A DNA stretch of 64,000 bases, taken from an uncultured Methanolobus sp. Its GTDB lineage: Archaea > Halobacteriota > Methanosarcinia > Methanosarcinales > Methanosarcinaceae. The stretch covers positions 2,464,001 through 2,528,000 of the forward strand of contig OY776215.1 of the NCBI GenBank assembly GCA_963675495.1, written 5' to 3'. A program made the translations under genes and the position numbers. Below are positions 41,331-51,506 of this stretch, piece by piece. Within the stretch, counting starts at the first letter, position 1. Each line of letters starts with the position of its first letter. The notes beneath the pieces were generated by a model. The model made no database searches, was not told the origin of the DNA, and saw nothing but the letters and a program-made list of their open reading frames with translations.

Positions 41331-41727
41331 TTTTTGTCAACCTGATAATATGAATGATCTATAATTGGTATATGATAATTGTTTGAAAGAATATTCTTCC
41401 TTCTTTCGATTAATTCTGTCTGCTAGTATAAATGTAGTATATTTTACAGTTTCGATTAGTTCTCATTAATTTCTGATGATATACTATCGATTTTTGGTAT
41501 TCTGGATAGTTGAGTGTGATTTGCTATTAGCAATATACTTCGACAGTGTATCTTTTTGAAATATAGTATCCCTTACTCAAGTGCTTGAAGACTTTTTCAT
41601 TATTGGGCTAAATGATTATTGGTGCTTGATTATAATTTTTTGATTAAAAAAGAACAAAATAACAAAGTTTAAATAATCTTCTGTCCTGCTTTGCTCAGTT
41701 CACACCAGCATCAAAAAAGGTTAGTTA

Positions 41728-44700
41728 ATGAATTCAGATATCGCGAACAAAAAACGTTGCTTTAGTCAGGATACCCGGGCTTACATTCCTTTTGCGGTGA
41801 TTGGTATGTTCATTCTTCTCTTCGCTGTAATAGCATCCGTATACATAGCGAAAACAGATTATGATCTGGCAGAGGTAATCTACACTACTAACACTGCTGA
41901 TATGGAGGAAAAAGCTGTTGAATTTGCATCTGCCGACCTTGCACGCTGTCTTAATTATGCGGGAATGGAAGCTCTTGTATGGCAGGGTGAACATCCGGTA
42001 ATAAAACCTGAAACCATTACAAATGAAATTATGGAATCTGATGATTTCTCCGTATCATCCGATAGTCGTGACGTAGAACCCGGTGATACTGTCAAGGTGT
42101 CCGTATCTCTTCCATCTGATGCATTCAAATTCATTTCATGCCTTTTTTCAGATAAACCAAGGACACTTGTCGTAAAAAGCGATTCGAGGACGGTATACAA
42201 GACGATAGACTACAATGAATCCCATTCATTCTGGAGCAGCTCCAGTTTCGAGGAGGAGATCATTATTCCTGAAAATGCTGAATATGGCTATACTTACCTC
42301 ATTCTGGAATATGACGGCGAGACAAAGGCAGTGAACTGGTTCCATGTAGGCAGCAGTCCCCTGAAGGATATCACTGCGGAGTATTTCAATGAATATCTGC
42401 AGACATCCTATCAGGAGAACCAGCATACTTTCAACAATTATGCAATTAACATAGAACCGAATATTGATCCTTCGCAAATAAGAATAGATAAGATCAACGG
42501 AACCCTGAAAAGAGAGATTAGCAGGTCAGCTTCAGATGATCCAGATTATCCTATATATTACACTATGACCGTCCATGATCTGGATTATACTCTGGTGGAC
42601 CTTGCAACGAATACATCAAGAAATGATTGCATGGATGTGACAGCTATCATCACCTCCAGAGAACCTTTGCTAGAGCAACTGGTCAACGAATACGAAACCG
42701 AGTTAAGCGGTGGAGTTACCTCTGATATTGTACTGGGTGCTACCAATATCCGAACTTTCACCTATGGTCCTTGGCAACATTACCTGAACGGTCCCTTGAA
42801 CATCGTGACAGGCCCATCGTTAACGGCTTCTGTAAATGCTGGTACTCTCTATGCCCAGAAACGTATCTTTGATTCTGTGGACCCATGGGCTCTCACATAC
42901 ACTACTTATTACAACGGAAAAGTGCTCTACGATGATGTCAAGCATGATACAACTACTTATGACGAGGACAAAGGAAGTAACCTGAGCACTACATATGATA
43001 GTCTTTCAGATGAAGGCACTTTCAATATCAGTGTCTCAAAGGGGATAAACGAGTCCATGAAAGATGCCAATACCACTCTGGAAGAAGTCGCCAATAATTC
43101 AAGGATAGTGGTTTCTGTTTCCAATTTCACAAATGAGGTGTATAGTAACTGGGTATACAATGACGATGATGTGTGGAAAAGCACAGAATATCCAGACCTG
43201 CTGCATGATGTTACACACGAAGTGTATAGTGGTACGATACAGGGACAGGTCTTCAGGGATGGATTCAATACTTCTACTCCTTATGATTTGCAGGTCGGAC
43301 CTACAAGTTACGGATCTGTTACATGGCAGGGTGGGAACTCAAAAACTGGTAAGGACATTAGGTGGACAGCCCATTATCCTGTCAACATTTCCCATACCTG
43401 TGCTCTGACACCTGATTACAATTTTAGTGGCATATTAGATGTAAACCACAAGGTGAATATCGATGCTTCGTCCCACAAATGGTATTATAAATCTGCCAAA
43501 GTGGACCATGTATCCACAGACATAGTCTGTGAAGGAGTGGATGTTAGCTATGAATACCTCGGAAATGACACTGTAACGAATCTTGAACGAACGGACGGAT
43601 ACCTGTCCGGCGAAAACCATAGTTTTGACTGGAAGGTAACGAACAACATCAAATTCAGGATCAAAACACGCTGGGACATCGATTATACATATCACTGGTC
43701 GTACATGACCTATAATTCATATACAGGCAATCGTAAATATTTCAATGGCGACTCTTCCGGATCATTGGAAAATTACCCCCTTACAGACTATGAAAAAGCA
43801 TCCCATACACAGACAGAAACTGAGAATTTCAGCGTTGTCTATCATCAGTTTTTGCCCTCCGGCGGCTACAGTGGCCTGAGTTCCTACAATTCTGGAAGTG
43901 CCAATGATTACAAAACAAGCACTGTAATTGTCGACGGAGTTCCAATTAACGATAAAGGCTGCAGTGATGCAGCAGACAAGTATCGCGAACAGGAAATCGC
44001 ATCCAAACTACCACTTATACAGGGTAACTACCTTGCTTACGCCAGCGGAACACTGCTCCCTGTGGAAAAGGTTTATTGCGATGTTCCTGACTGGCTCCAT
44101 TATAAAATGGCAACCGAAATGGAGGAGATGTTCAGTGCTATTAACACAGATGATCCTACCAGGGAGGTATCCTTACTTGGCGAAAATCTTGGCAAAAATC
44201 CTACAACGCTGATACAAATCGCATCTCTGGACCTTGCCGCAGAGATGGGGGGAACGTCAAAACGAGAATCCTTCATCCAGCAGGCTCAATATATTGACAC
44301 AAGCCAGTTCACTACAAGTAGTGATGCATGTCGCGCCATTGCAAAGAACGAAGCCTACGAACGCCTGCTCATAGAGCTCAAGGAGAGAAACAAAAAAGCA
44401 GAAGGCTCATTTGATCAATACGTTGACAAATCTTTTGAAGAGGAACAGGGTCATTCCCTTCTAAGTCTTTTGAAGAACAAAGTCTCTACTGATGTACTCT
44501 TCAATAACCCTGCCATGGACAAAGCTTCTATAGCCCTTGGCGCAGAAATGGGCATTATAGAAACTATGGAAGTTGTAGGAATGCCAGACAGTAAATACAA
44601 CTGGAGCGAAAACCTCACTCTTGTGGTGGACCAGTACCCTGACTACCTCTACCATGATCCATATTTCGATTTGCAAAGCCAGTATAAATGGACTGATATA

Positions 44701-45786
44701 TCCGGAAAGGAAGTTTATCCGCTGGCTGTACGCAATGTCTGTGTATTCTCCACAGGAATAGGTGATGATATTGCGGGAATGCTTGCTGATGCTTCTGCAC
44801 CCCTGAAAGATGTAGTTTCCCAGTCCATGAGCCAGAGTCTTGCCGATGCAAATGCTGAAATTGATTCCCTGCTTGAAGATATCGGGAGCAACAGCGCAGA
44901 ACTAATCGTGAAAGGTGTATCAACAGATACAGCTCTCATCGAAGAGAACCGCACTAAAATGATGGATGCATACAGCGATGCCATCAGACAGCAGGTGCCT
45001 CTGGTAATTGTCAGCGAGGTTGCAAAAGACCCGGTTCTAAGCACATGGGTCAGCAGTGCAGATGTGAACCAGATTACAAAAGATTACCTTGCAACTCTAT
45101 CAGATGCTGAACTTGTAAACATGAGCGCAAACAACAATCTTCAGGATGAGATTTTTGCTCAGGTCAGCCAAAAGATCATAAATGACAACCCTGCAATAAC
45201 CTCCAATGAAATTGATGTGGCACTATACCGCCTTGAAGCAGACATGCAGATCGGCGTGACAGAAGGGGTATGCGTAGCCATACAAAGTTGTCAGGCAGTC
45301 ATCGACCAGTGTTTTGCAAACATTAATAATGAGTTACAAAATAAACTGGATGAATCAACCGATAAACTGACAGGACAGTTTGCCGAAAAAATGGAAAAGA
45401 GGTTGCAGAAGTCGATGAAAATGGTTCCATGTGGACTGCCTGTGCTGCCACCTAATTGGGTGTGTACGGTGAATGTGTGGGAGTATGAAGTGAAGGGTGC
45501 TTATAAGGAATTTGAAGTTATTGATAACGATAATGAATGCATGTTCAATCCTTATTTTGGACATGATGCACAATCTTATATTCGTAAAAATGAGAGGATT
45601 GTTCATCTTACGAAAAGAGGAAACGATGGGGGCTTGATTGTTATTGGAAGTAATCAGCGAATTGTATTTGGTTTTTCAGGTTATGCAGCAACTATTGTAG
45701 GCCCCGGTCCAAAAGGTGTCGGCGATAAAGTAGGAGAGAGGGATGAAAAGTCTATTGCTTATGATTATTTTGAATCACAATTTTGA
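41728..45786 (+). CDS. Giant (1352 aa) prepilin-like surface protein (DUF7286-like)
   Basis: FSQDTRA|YIPFAVIGMFILLFAVIASVYI; beta-rich Tyr/Thr/Ser core, helical region, C-terminal PCGLPVLP..W..TVNVW...GPGPKGVGD. Confidence 0.7.
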   Translation: MNSDIANKKRCFSQDTRAYIPFAVIGMFILLFAVIASVYIAKTDYDLAEVIYTTNTADMEEKAVEFASADLARCLNYAGMEALVWQGEHPVIKPETITNEIMESDDFSVSSDSRDVEPGDTVKVSVSLPSDAFKFISCLFSDKPRTLVVKSDSRTVYKTIDYNESHSFWSSSSFEEEIIIPENAEYGYTYLILEYDGETKAVNWFHVGSSPLKDITAEYFNEYLQTSYQENQHTFNNYAINIEPNIDPSQIRIDKINGTLKREISRSASDDPDYPIYYTMTVHDLDYTLVDLATNTSRNDCMDVTAIITSREPLLEQLVNEYETELSGGVTSDIVLGATNIRTFTYGPWQHYLNGPLNIVTGPSLTASVNAGTLYAQKRIFDSVDPWALTYTTYYNGKVLYDDVKHDTTTYDEDKGSNLSTTYDSLSDEGTFNISVSKGINESMKDANTTLEEVANNSRIVVSVSNFTNEVYSNWVYNDDDVWKSTEYPDLLHDVTHEVYSGTIQGQVFRDGFNTSTPYDLQVGPTSYGSVTWQGGNSKTGKDIRWTAHYPVNISHTCALTPDYNFSGILDVNHKVNIDASSHKWYYKSAKVDHVSTDIVCEGVDVSYEYLGNDTVTNLERTDGYLSGENHSFDWKVTNNIKFRIKTRWDIDYTYHWSYMTYNSYTGNRKYFNGDSSGSLENYPLTDYEKASHTQTETENFSVVYHQFLPSGGYSGLSSYNSGSANDYKTSTVIVDGVPINDKGCSDAADKYREQEIASKLPLIQGNYLAYASGTLLPVEKVYCDVPDWLHYKMATEMEEMFSAINTDDPTREVSLLGENLGKNPTTLIQIASLDLAAEMGGTSKRESFIQQAQYIDTSQFTTSSDACRAIAKNEAYERLLIELKERNKKAEGSFDQYVDKSFEEEQGHSLLSLLKNKVSTDVLFNNPAMDKASIALGAEMGIIETMEVVGMPDSKYNWSENLTLVVDQYPDYLYHDPYFDLQSQYKWTDISGKEVYPLAVRNVCVFSTGIGDDIAGMLADASAPLKDVVSQSMSQSLADANAEIDSLLEDIGSNSAELIVKGVSTDTALIEENRTKMMDAYSDAIRQQVPLVIVSEVAKDPVLSTWVSSADVNQITKDYLATLSDAELVNMSANNNLQDEIFAQVSQKIINDNPAITSNEIDVALYRLEADMQIGVTEGVCVAIQSCQAVIDQCFANINNELQNKLDESTDKLTGQFAEKMEKRLQKSMKMVPCGLPVLPPNWVCTVNVWEYEVKGAYKEFEVIDNDNECMFNPYFGHDAQSYIRKNERIVHLTKRGNDGGLIVIGSNQRIVFGFSGYAATIVGPGPKGVGDKVGERDEKSIAYDYFESQF

Positions 45787-45795
45787 GGAAAGAGT

Positions 45796-46395
45796 ATGAA
45801 TTGTAAATTAGGTATTGTATGTATTGTATGTCTTTTAGTACTGTTTTCGACGCCATCATCATCAGAAAGTTCCAACCTTAAGATTGATGTTTTTTATAAT
45901 GACCAATTGTATCCTGGAGCATCAACCCCAAAACCGCTTTTGAAAATTGGCGAACCATTTAAACTGAGATTTGAAGTAACTTGTTACAAAAGGAACTTTC
46001 TGTCGGCAATGTTAACTTCTATTGGTGAAAATGATTTTGACATAATTGAAGGACCAACATCATATTTAGGAGACTTTATAGATGAAACAATAGAAGCAAA
46101 TGAGACAAGGGTTTTTGAATGGACAGTTGCTCCAAATGAAGAGTGGGCTGGAGGCAGTGCACCAATTGACTTTTACTACCAAATGACTGATTTGGAAACT
46201 GCAAAAACGATTACAAGTGGTGAATTCACCGCCGCCTACGTCACAATCTCTGAAGAGTACTACGATGGTCCAGAAACTGCGACAGTGCCCACAGGTGACT
46301 CAGAAAGCCAAAACGATACACCCACAACTCCGGCATTCACAGCTTTGTTTGCGGTGTTTGCCTTGGCAGCAGCAGTCATCCTAAGAAAAGAGTAG
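45796..46395 (+). CDS. Sarcinarray-family (MAST domain) surface protein with PGF-CTERM-like sorting signal
   Basis: Signal peptide; IDVFYND.LYPG...KP.LKIGEPF, FEWTVAP..WAGG..PI; Thr/Pro linker then TPAF + TM + basic tail. Confidence 0.75.
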   Translation: MNCKLGIVCIVCLLVLFSTPSSSESSNLKIDVFYNDQLYPGASTPKPLLKIGEPFKLRFEVTCYKRNFLSAMLTSIGENDFDIIEGPTSYLGDFIDETIEANETRVFEWTVAPNEEWAGGSAPIDFYYQMTDLETAKTITSGEFTAAYVTISEEYYDGPETATVPTGDSESQNDTPTTPAFTALFAVFALAAAVILRKE

Positions 46396-46526
46396 ATTCA
46401 ATTCACAGAATCTCCTCTTTTTTCAGTCATTTTTCTTATGCTTGCATAAATCAAAACCGTTAAATACATTGTCCAATGTACTGAATTATACATCAATGAA
46501 TTTACTTTTTCTACAGAGGTATAACT

Positions 46527-47825
46527 ATGGATCATACAAAGATTTTACTTGATGAAAATGAAATGCCAAAACAGTGGTATAACATACTTGCAGACCTGCC
46601 TGTTGAGCCACCACTCAATCCGGCAACCAACGAGCCAATGGATCCCAAGGACCTTGAGCCTATATTTGCAAAGCAGCTCATTCAACAGGAAATAAGCACT
46701 CAGAGGTATATTGACATTCCTGAGGAGATCAGGGAGATATACACTCTCTGGAGACCATCACCTTTGCACAGGGCACACAGGCTTGAGAAGGCATTGGGAA
46801 CTCCTGCAAAGATATACTACAAGAATGAAAGTGTCAGTCCAGCAGGAAGCCACAAACCAAACACTGCTATTGCACAGGCATACTACAATATGAAGGAAGG
46901 TACTGAAAGGATCACTACCGAAACCGGTGCAGGCCAGTGGGGCAGTGCATTATCACTTTGCTGTAATTACTTTGACATGGAGTGTAAGGTCTACATGGTA
47001 AGTTCAAGCTTCTACCAGAAGCCATACCGCAAGTCCCTCATAAATCTCTGGGGAGCAAACGTAGTGCCTTCCCCGAGCACAGAGACACAGTTTGGAAGAA
47101 AGATCAGGGAAATGTATCCTGATACATCAGGTAGTCTTGGTATTGCAATCAGTGAAGCAATTGAGGAAGCCGCTCTTAATGACAACACCAAGTATGCGCT
47201 TGGCAGTGTCCTAAACCATACCAGTCTGCACCAGACTGTAGTAGGTCTTGAGACCCAGGCACAGTTCGATAAGACCGAGGACTATCCGGACATCGTTATT
47301 GGATGTTGTGGTGGTGGAAGTAACCTTGCTGGTGTCGCTCTCCCATACATCAGGGACAATCTTGCAGGCAAGACAAACACAAGGTTCATCGCAGTAGAGC
47401 CTTCTGCATGTCCGACCCTTACAGCAGGCGAATTCAAGTATGACTTCGGTGACATGGCAAAAATGACGCCTCTGCTTAAGATGTACACACTTGGTTCCGA
47501 GTTCATACCACCTGCAATTCACGCTGGCGGTCTCAGATATCATGGTGTTTCACCAATCATTAGTAAAATTGTTTCAGAAGGTCTCATGGAAGCAACCACC
47601 TACCACCAGATAGAGATATTTGATGCAGCAGTGACATTCGCACGCAGTGAGGGAATTGCCCCTGCTCCTGAATCAGCTCATGCTATCAAATGTGCTATTG
47701 ATGAAGCACTCAAATGCAAGAAGACAGGTGAAGAGAAAACAATTCTGTTTAACCTCAGTGGTCATGGTCACTTTGACATGGGCTCCTACGATAAATATTT
47801 CAGTGGCGAGCTGAGCAACGACTAA
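46527..47825 (+). CDS. trpB2: TrpB-like PLP enzyme (TrpB2)
   Basis: [40 protein letters not shown]. Confidence 0.92.
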   Translation: MDHTKILLDENEMPKQWYNILADLPVEPPLNPATNEPMDPKDLEPIFAKQLIQQEISTQRYIDIPEEIREIYTLWRPSPLHRAHRLEKALGTPAKIYYKNESVSPAGSHKPNTAIAQAYYNMKEGTERITTETGAGQWGSALSLCCNYFDMECKVYMVSSSFYQKPYRKSLINLWGANVVPSPSTETQFGRKIREMYPDTSGSLGIAISEAIEEAALNDNTKYALGSVLNHTSLHQTVVGLETQAQFDKTEDYPDIVIGCCGGGSNLAGVALPYIRDNLAGKTNTRFIAVEPSACPTLTAGEFKYDFGDMAKMTPLLKMYTLGSEFIPPAIHAGGLRYHGVSPIISKIVSEGLMEATTYHQIEIFDAAVTFARSEGIAPAPESAHAIKCAIDEALKCKKTGEEKTILFNLSGHGHFDMGSYDKYFSGELSND

Positions 47826-47918
47826 ATGCAATAATTAATTAAAATAGGGTTTAGTGGTATGTTTCGCATGCCACACATTTATTTCTTATTTTTGTTTTTC
47901 GAAAACTTCAGTTTACTA

Positions 47919-48806
47919 TCAGTTTGAGTTAGATTCCATATCCTTTTTGTAAACAATGGTTCTGTATGGGAATGGTATCTCAATACCTTCTGCATCGAAT
48001 CTCTTTTTAATAGCTTCTCTTATATCGCAGCCGTTATCATATGCTATGTCCCTGTCCTCTACCCATAAAAGTAGCCTGAGTATTACTGCAAAATCTCCCA
48101 GTTCCCTGACACGGACACTTATAACATCTTCTTTTTTAATATCGGGGTGATGATTCCTGAGTTGACTTAAAGTCATCACATTACTATTCTTTCTGGCCTC
48201 ACATATCATAATACTCCTTGCTTTGTCAATATCAGAATCATAACTGATCCCAATATCAATTGGCCAGTTCACAGTTGGATCCTCAATAGACCAGTTGATT
48301 ATGGATTCCTCGCTGATGACACTGTTTGGAATGATCAGTCTTCTGTTGTCCCATGTTCTCACTACTGTATGCCTGAGTGTGATGTCTGTAATTCTTCCAT
48401 ATTCATCCCTGATGGTAACAAGGTCTCCAACCCTAAAAGGCCGAAACGCTGCAAGTGAGATACCGGAAATGATGTTTGAGAGTGTACTCTGGGCCGCGAG
48501 ACCAAGCACAATACCGGCAAACCCTGCACTTGCAAAGAGTGTTATGGAAAGTGCTTCAAGGGAAGGTATCAGGTTTACGACAATAGTGGCACCTAGGAGG
48601 TAGATAGCAGCAACCGCAGTATGTCTGACGACCCTGTAACTTGTTTGGTCAACATTCATTTTCTTACTTACAATTTTGAGCTGCCTGGAAAGGATGTGGT
48701 CAACAGACCTTGCAAAAAAAACAGTCAACAGTATTGTAAGTACAATAAAGATTGCATTCACAATCTCCCAGGTTATCCATGCTGGTATAGTTATCAGGTT
48801 TTCCAT
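47919..48806 (-). CDS. Small-conductance mechanosensitive channel (MscS family)
   Basis: GLAAQSTLSNIISG, RPFRVGD, IIPNS, GIEIPFP. Confidence 0.92.
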   Translation of the reverse strand: MENLITIPAWITWEIVNAIFIVLTILLTVFFARSVDHILSRQLKIVSKKMNVDQTSYRVVRHTAVAAIYLLGATIVVNLIPSLEALSITLFASAGFAGIVLGLAAQSTLSNIISGISLAAFRPFRVGDLVTIRDEYGRITDITLRHTVVRTWDNRRLIIPNSVISEESIINWSIEDPTVNWPIDIGISYDSDIDKARSIMICEARKNSNVMTLSQLRNHHPDIKKEDVISVRVRELGDFAVILRLLLWVEDRDIAYDNGCDIREAIKKRFDAEGIEIPFPYRTIVYKKDMESNSN

Positions 48807-49079
48807 ATTAACTCTTAAACATATTAGCAATTGAACGAATATGAGTTTATTGTTTTTACTTAATACTTCGAACAATTTATTCAAGTTTCGAAATGTTTAT
48901 TTCGTATCATCTCTTTATATGATATGGAGTGAACAAATCTTTCGGACAGGGAGTGTATGTTGGGTATAAACCCGGGAGCATTAGCCGTAGGTGAATAAAG
49001 GCCTTCTGTTTCTTTTGATTTATTTTGTTGCACCTCTGCCAGGTATACTTGTGCACTTTCAAGTAACAAAGGGGTCAAT

Positions 49080-50555
49080 ATGAACGAAATATATGATAAA
49101 ATGGCAACAGAAGCCATGAATGCACAGAAAGCTGTTGTAAGTACTATAAACAAGAAAAGAGGAACTGCATTTAAAGTTGAGGATGCAAAAGCATACGTGG
49201 ATGCAGTAAATAAAATGGAGCCAAAAGGTGCTCAATGCAAAGAAGTATTCGATTTGCACGTAAACTCGGTAAATTCGCACTATGATACACTTTCCGGCTT
49301 AACTGACAGTGTGCGCCCGGAAGATGACCCATATGTCGAGCATTATCAGACACCACCAATATTGGACATATTGTATGAGGAAGATCCTGCTTTTAGGGCA
49401 TCAGTGGAGAAATTCATTGACAGAATTGGCAGATCAGAAGCTCTTATCGGTAAAGAATCAATTCGAAGATACGGAGGTTTTTATGGTCCGACCTGCGTGG
49501 TTGACTTTGCCTTTGTTCCTGGAAGCACAAGTAACGTGGTTAACAGAATATTGCAGAAAACAGATATTCCGGTAGACCACAAGCGTGCAATACTTTCTTC
49601 TAAGTCATGGGGAATGAACACATCATATGGTGTAGGCGCTAAATTCCAGATGGCAATTGAGAATGGTAAGACTCCTTCAGAGGCCATCAAAGAAGAGATC
49701 GAAATGCTGCAGATGGTCTACGACTCTCCTATATCAGCACAGGTCAAACTTATGGACGAGGCTGGTCACACATCATTCGATGTTAAGAAATATATGAACC
49801 AGTACAAGCAGAAGATGAAGCCTACTATCAAGGCCGCAATGGATGCTGATGTCTTCTATGGTAATATCGTAACGGTTCCTGCATATGGTGTGGGTGACGT
49901 TGCCCATCACATATCCCAGTCAATGTTCAATATGACAAAAGATGATGTCATCATGGAAGTTATCAATGCCGTAAGCGATGTCATGGAAGGGACAATGAAG
50001 AATGGTATGGGTAAGTTCAGAGATGAATATTCACCTCTGACCATTGCAACCGATGCTGCTGCTGCTGCAACGACAAAGATACTCTGGATGGATGGTTTCA
50101 CAACCATGATGGTCATTGACCTGCTGGTCAAGAGATTCCACAATCTTGTGCTCACCAATCCAACAAGGGGAGCTGCAGCTGAGCTTCATAACGTTGACTT
50201 TATCGATCTTATTGAAAAGGGAGAACGTATCATTGACCACAAACCAAGGGGTATGGGTGGTGTTGTTCAGGGAATACCTGTTGACATGAGTCCAATTGAG
50301 AAGAACGAGGTGCTCAATAACCCACAGCGTTACACCTATCCTGCATGTGCTATCACTGTCAGGTTCTCAGCACTTATGCGGCTGGCTGATTTCCCATGCC
50401 TGCTGACAAGTGAGCCTGTTACAGCTACAATGCTGACAAACATCATAGCCCTGCATAAGACAGAACCACATTCACCAGCACGTACCTGCAAGTTCTGCGC
50501 AGCCAACTACTTCGATTACAAGTGCAAGGATTGTAACTGGACGGAGGCCGTTTGA
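49080..50555 (+). CDS. DUF2193 family protein
   Basis: EHYQTP, GFYGPTCVVDFA, VGDVAHHISQS, YPACAITVRFS, C-terminal CKFC..CKDC. Confidence 0.8.
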   Translation: MNEIYDKMATEAMNAQKAVVSTINKKRGTAFKVEDAKAYVDAVNKMEPKGAQCKEVFDLHVNSVNSHYDTLSGLTDSVRPEDDPYVEHYQTPPILDILYEEDPAFRASVEKFIDRIGRSEALIGKESIRRYGGFYGPTCVVDFAFVPGSTSNVVNRILQKTDIPVDHKRAILSSKSWGMNTSYGVGAKFQMAIENGKTPSEAIKEEIEMLQMVYDSPISAQVKLMDEAGHTSFDVKKYMNQYKQKMKPTIKAAMDADVFYGNIVTVPAYGVGDVAHHISQSMFNMTKDDVIMEVINAVSDVMEGTMKNGMGKFRDEYSPLTIATDAAAAATTKILWMDGFTTMMVIDLLVKRFHNLVLTNPTRGAAAELHNVDFIDLIEKGERIIDHKPRGMGGVVQGIPVDMSPIEKNEVLNNPQRYTYPACAITVRFSALMRLADFPCLLTSEPVTATMLTNIIALHKTEPHSPARTCKFCAANYFDYKCKDCNWTEAV

Positions 50556-50605
50556 TGACAGATGTGCCTCTCTGAGGTACATTTTGTTTTCAGGCAGGTG
50601 ATCTT

Positions 50606-51355
50606 ATGTCAGAACCGGGTCTATTCAAAAGATCCATAGCCGAACTAATCGGGACCTATGTTCTGGTGTTCCTGGGAACAGGCTCTGTAGTAACTACCGT
50701 CCTGTTGGTCCAGGGTGCCAGTCCAATTCCTGGCAACACTTTCAATGTAGGTATAGATATCGCAGCATGGTTTGCCATTGGTATCTCTTTTGCCATAGCG
50801 ATAATTGCCATGATATACGCTTTCGGTCACATATCGGGAACGCATATCAATCCGGCAGTTAGTATTGCATTGTGGGCGACCGGACGTTTCCCTGCAAAGG
50901 ACATGTTTGGTTATATCGTTGCTCAGTTGATTGGTGCAAGTCTTGCATCGTTCACAATTGTAGCGATATTGGGTTCCAGAGCTGTTGACACTGGCCTTGG
51001 CGCAACGGCAATGTTCGATGGTGTGAGTTATGGCCAGGCAATTCTTTGTGAAGCAGTTGCAACTTTTTTCCTGATGCTGACAATTATGGGATCAGCAGTG
51101 GATAAAAGGGCACCTGCAGGTTTTGCAGGGTTGGCCATTGGCCTTGTGGTTGCAGCAGACGTCATCGTTGTGGGAAACATAACGGGTTCATCGCTTAATC
51201 CGGCCCGTACTTTCGGTCCGTATCTGGCGGAGTTTGTCATGGGAGGTTCTAATCTCTGGTGGCAATTCCCTATATACATTATAGGGCCAATAGTTGGTGC
51301 TCTGGTTGCAGCTTTGCTTTATGATTACGTGTCAGGGGCAAAGGATCTGGATTGA
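50606..51355 (+). CDS. MIP-family channel (AqpM-like aquaporin)
   Basis: HISGTHINPAV and SLNPARTFGP NPA motifs. Confidence 0.93.
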   Translation: MSEPGLFKRSIAELIGTYVLVFLGTGSVVTTVLLVQGASPIPGNTFNVGIDIAAWFAIGISFAIAIIAMIYAFGHISGTHINPAVSIALWATGRFPAKDMFGYIVAQLIGASLASFTIVAILGSRAVDTGLGATAMFDGVSYGQAILCEAVATFFLMLTIMGSAVDKRAPAGFAGLAIGLVVAADVIVVGNITGSSLNPARTFGPYLAEFVMGGSNLWWQFPIYIIGPIVGALVAALLYDYVSGAKDLD

Positions 51356-51506
51356 TGGGAGCAGTTATCTGCTCCTTTTGTTTTCAAGTATTATCACGCA
51401 AGAAGTGTCTCTATAGAATTTCTCATTTTGATAAAAGTAATTACCATAACATACTGAATCCTGAAAACAAAAGAATATTTCAATCAGATATACGTTAGCA
51501 TGTATT

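Noticed and set aside
1975-46395. Other TAG stops (DUF366, queE, ybgA, panE, second glmU, sarcinarray gene) as pyrrolysine read-through sites
   Set aside because: Each is followed within a short distance by another stop or is out of frame with the next gene, so read-through would add only short tails.
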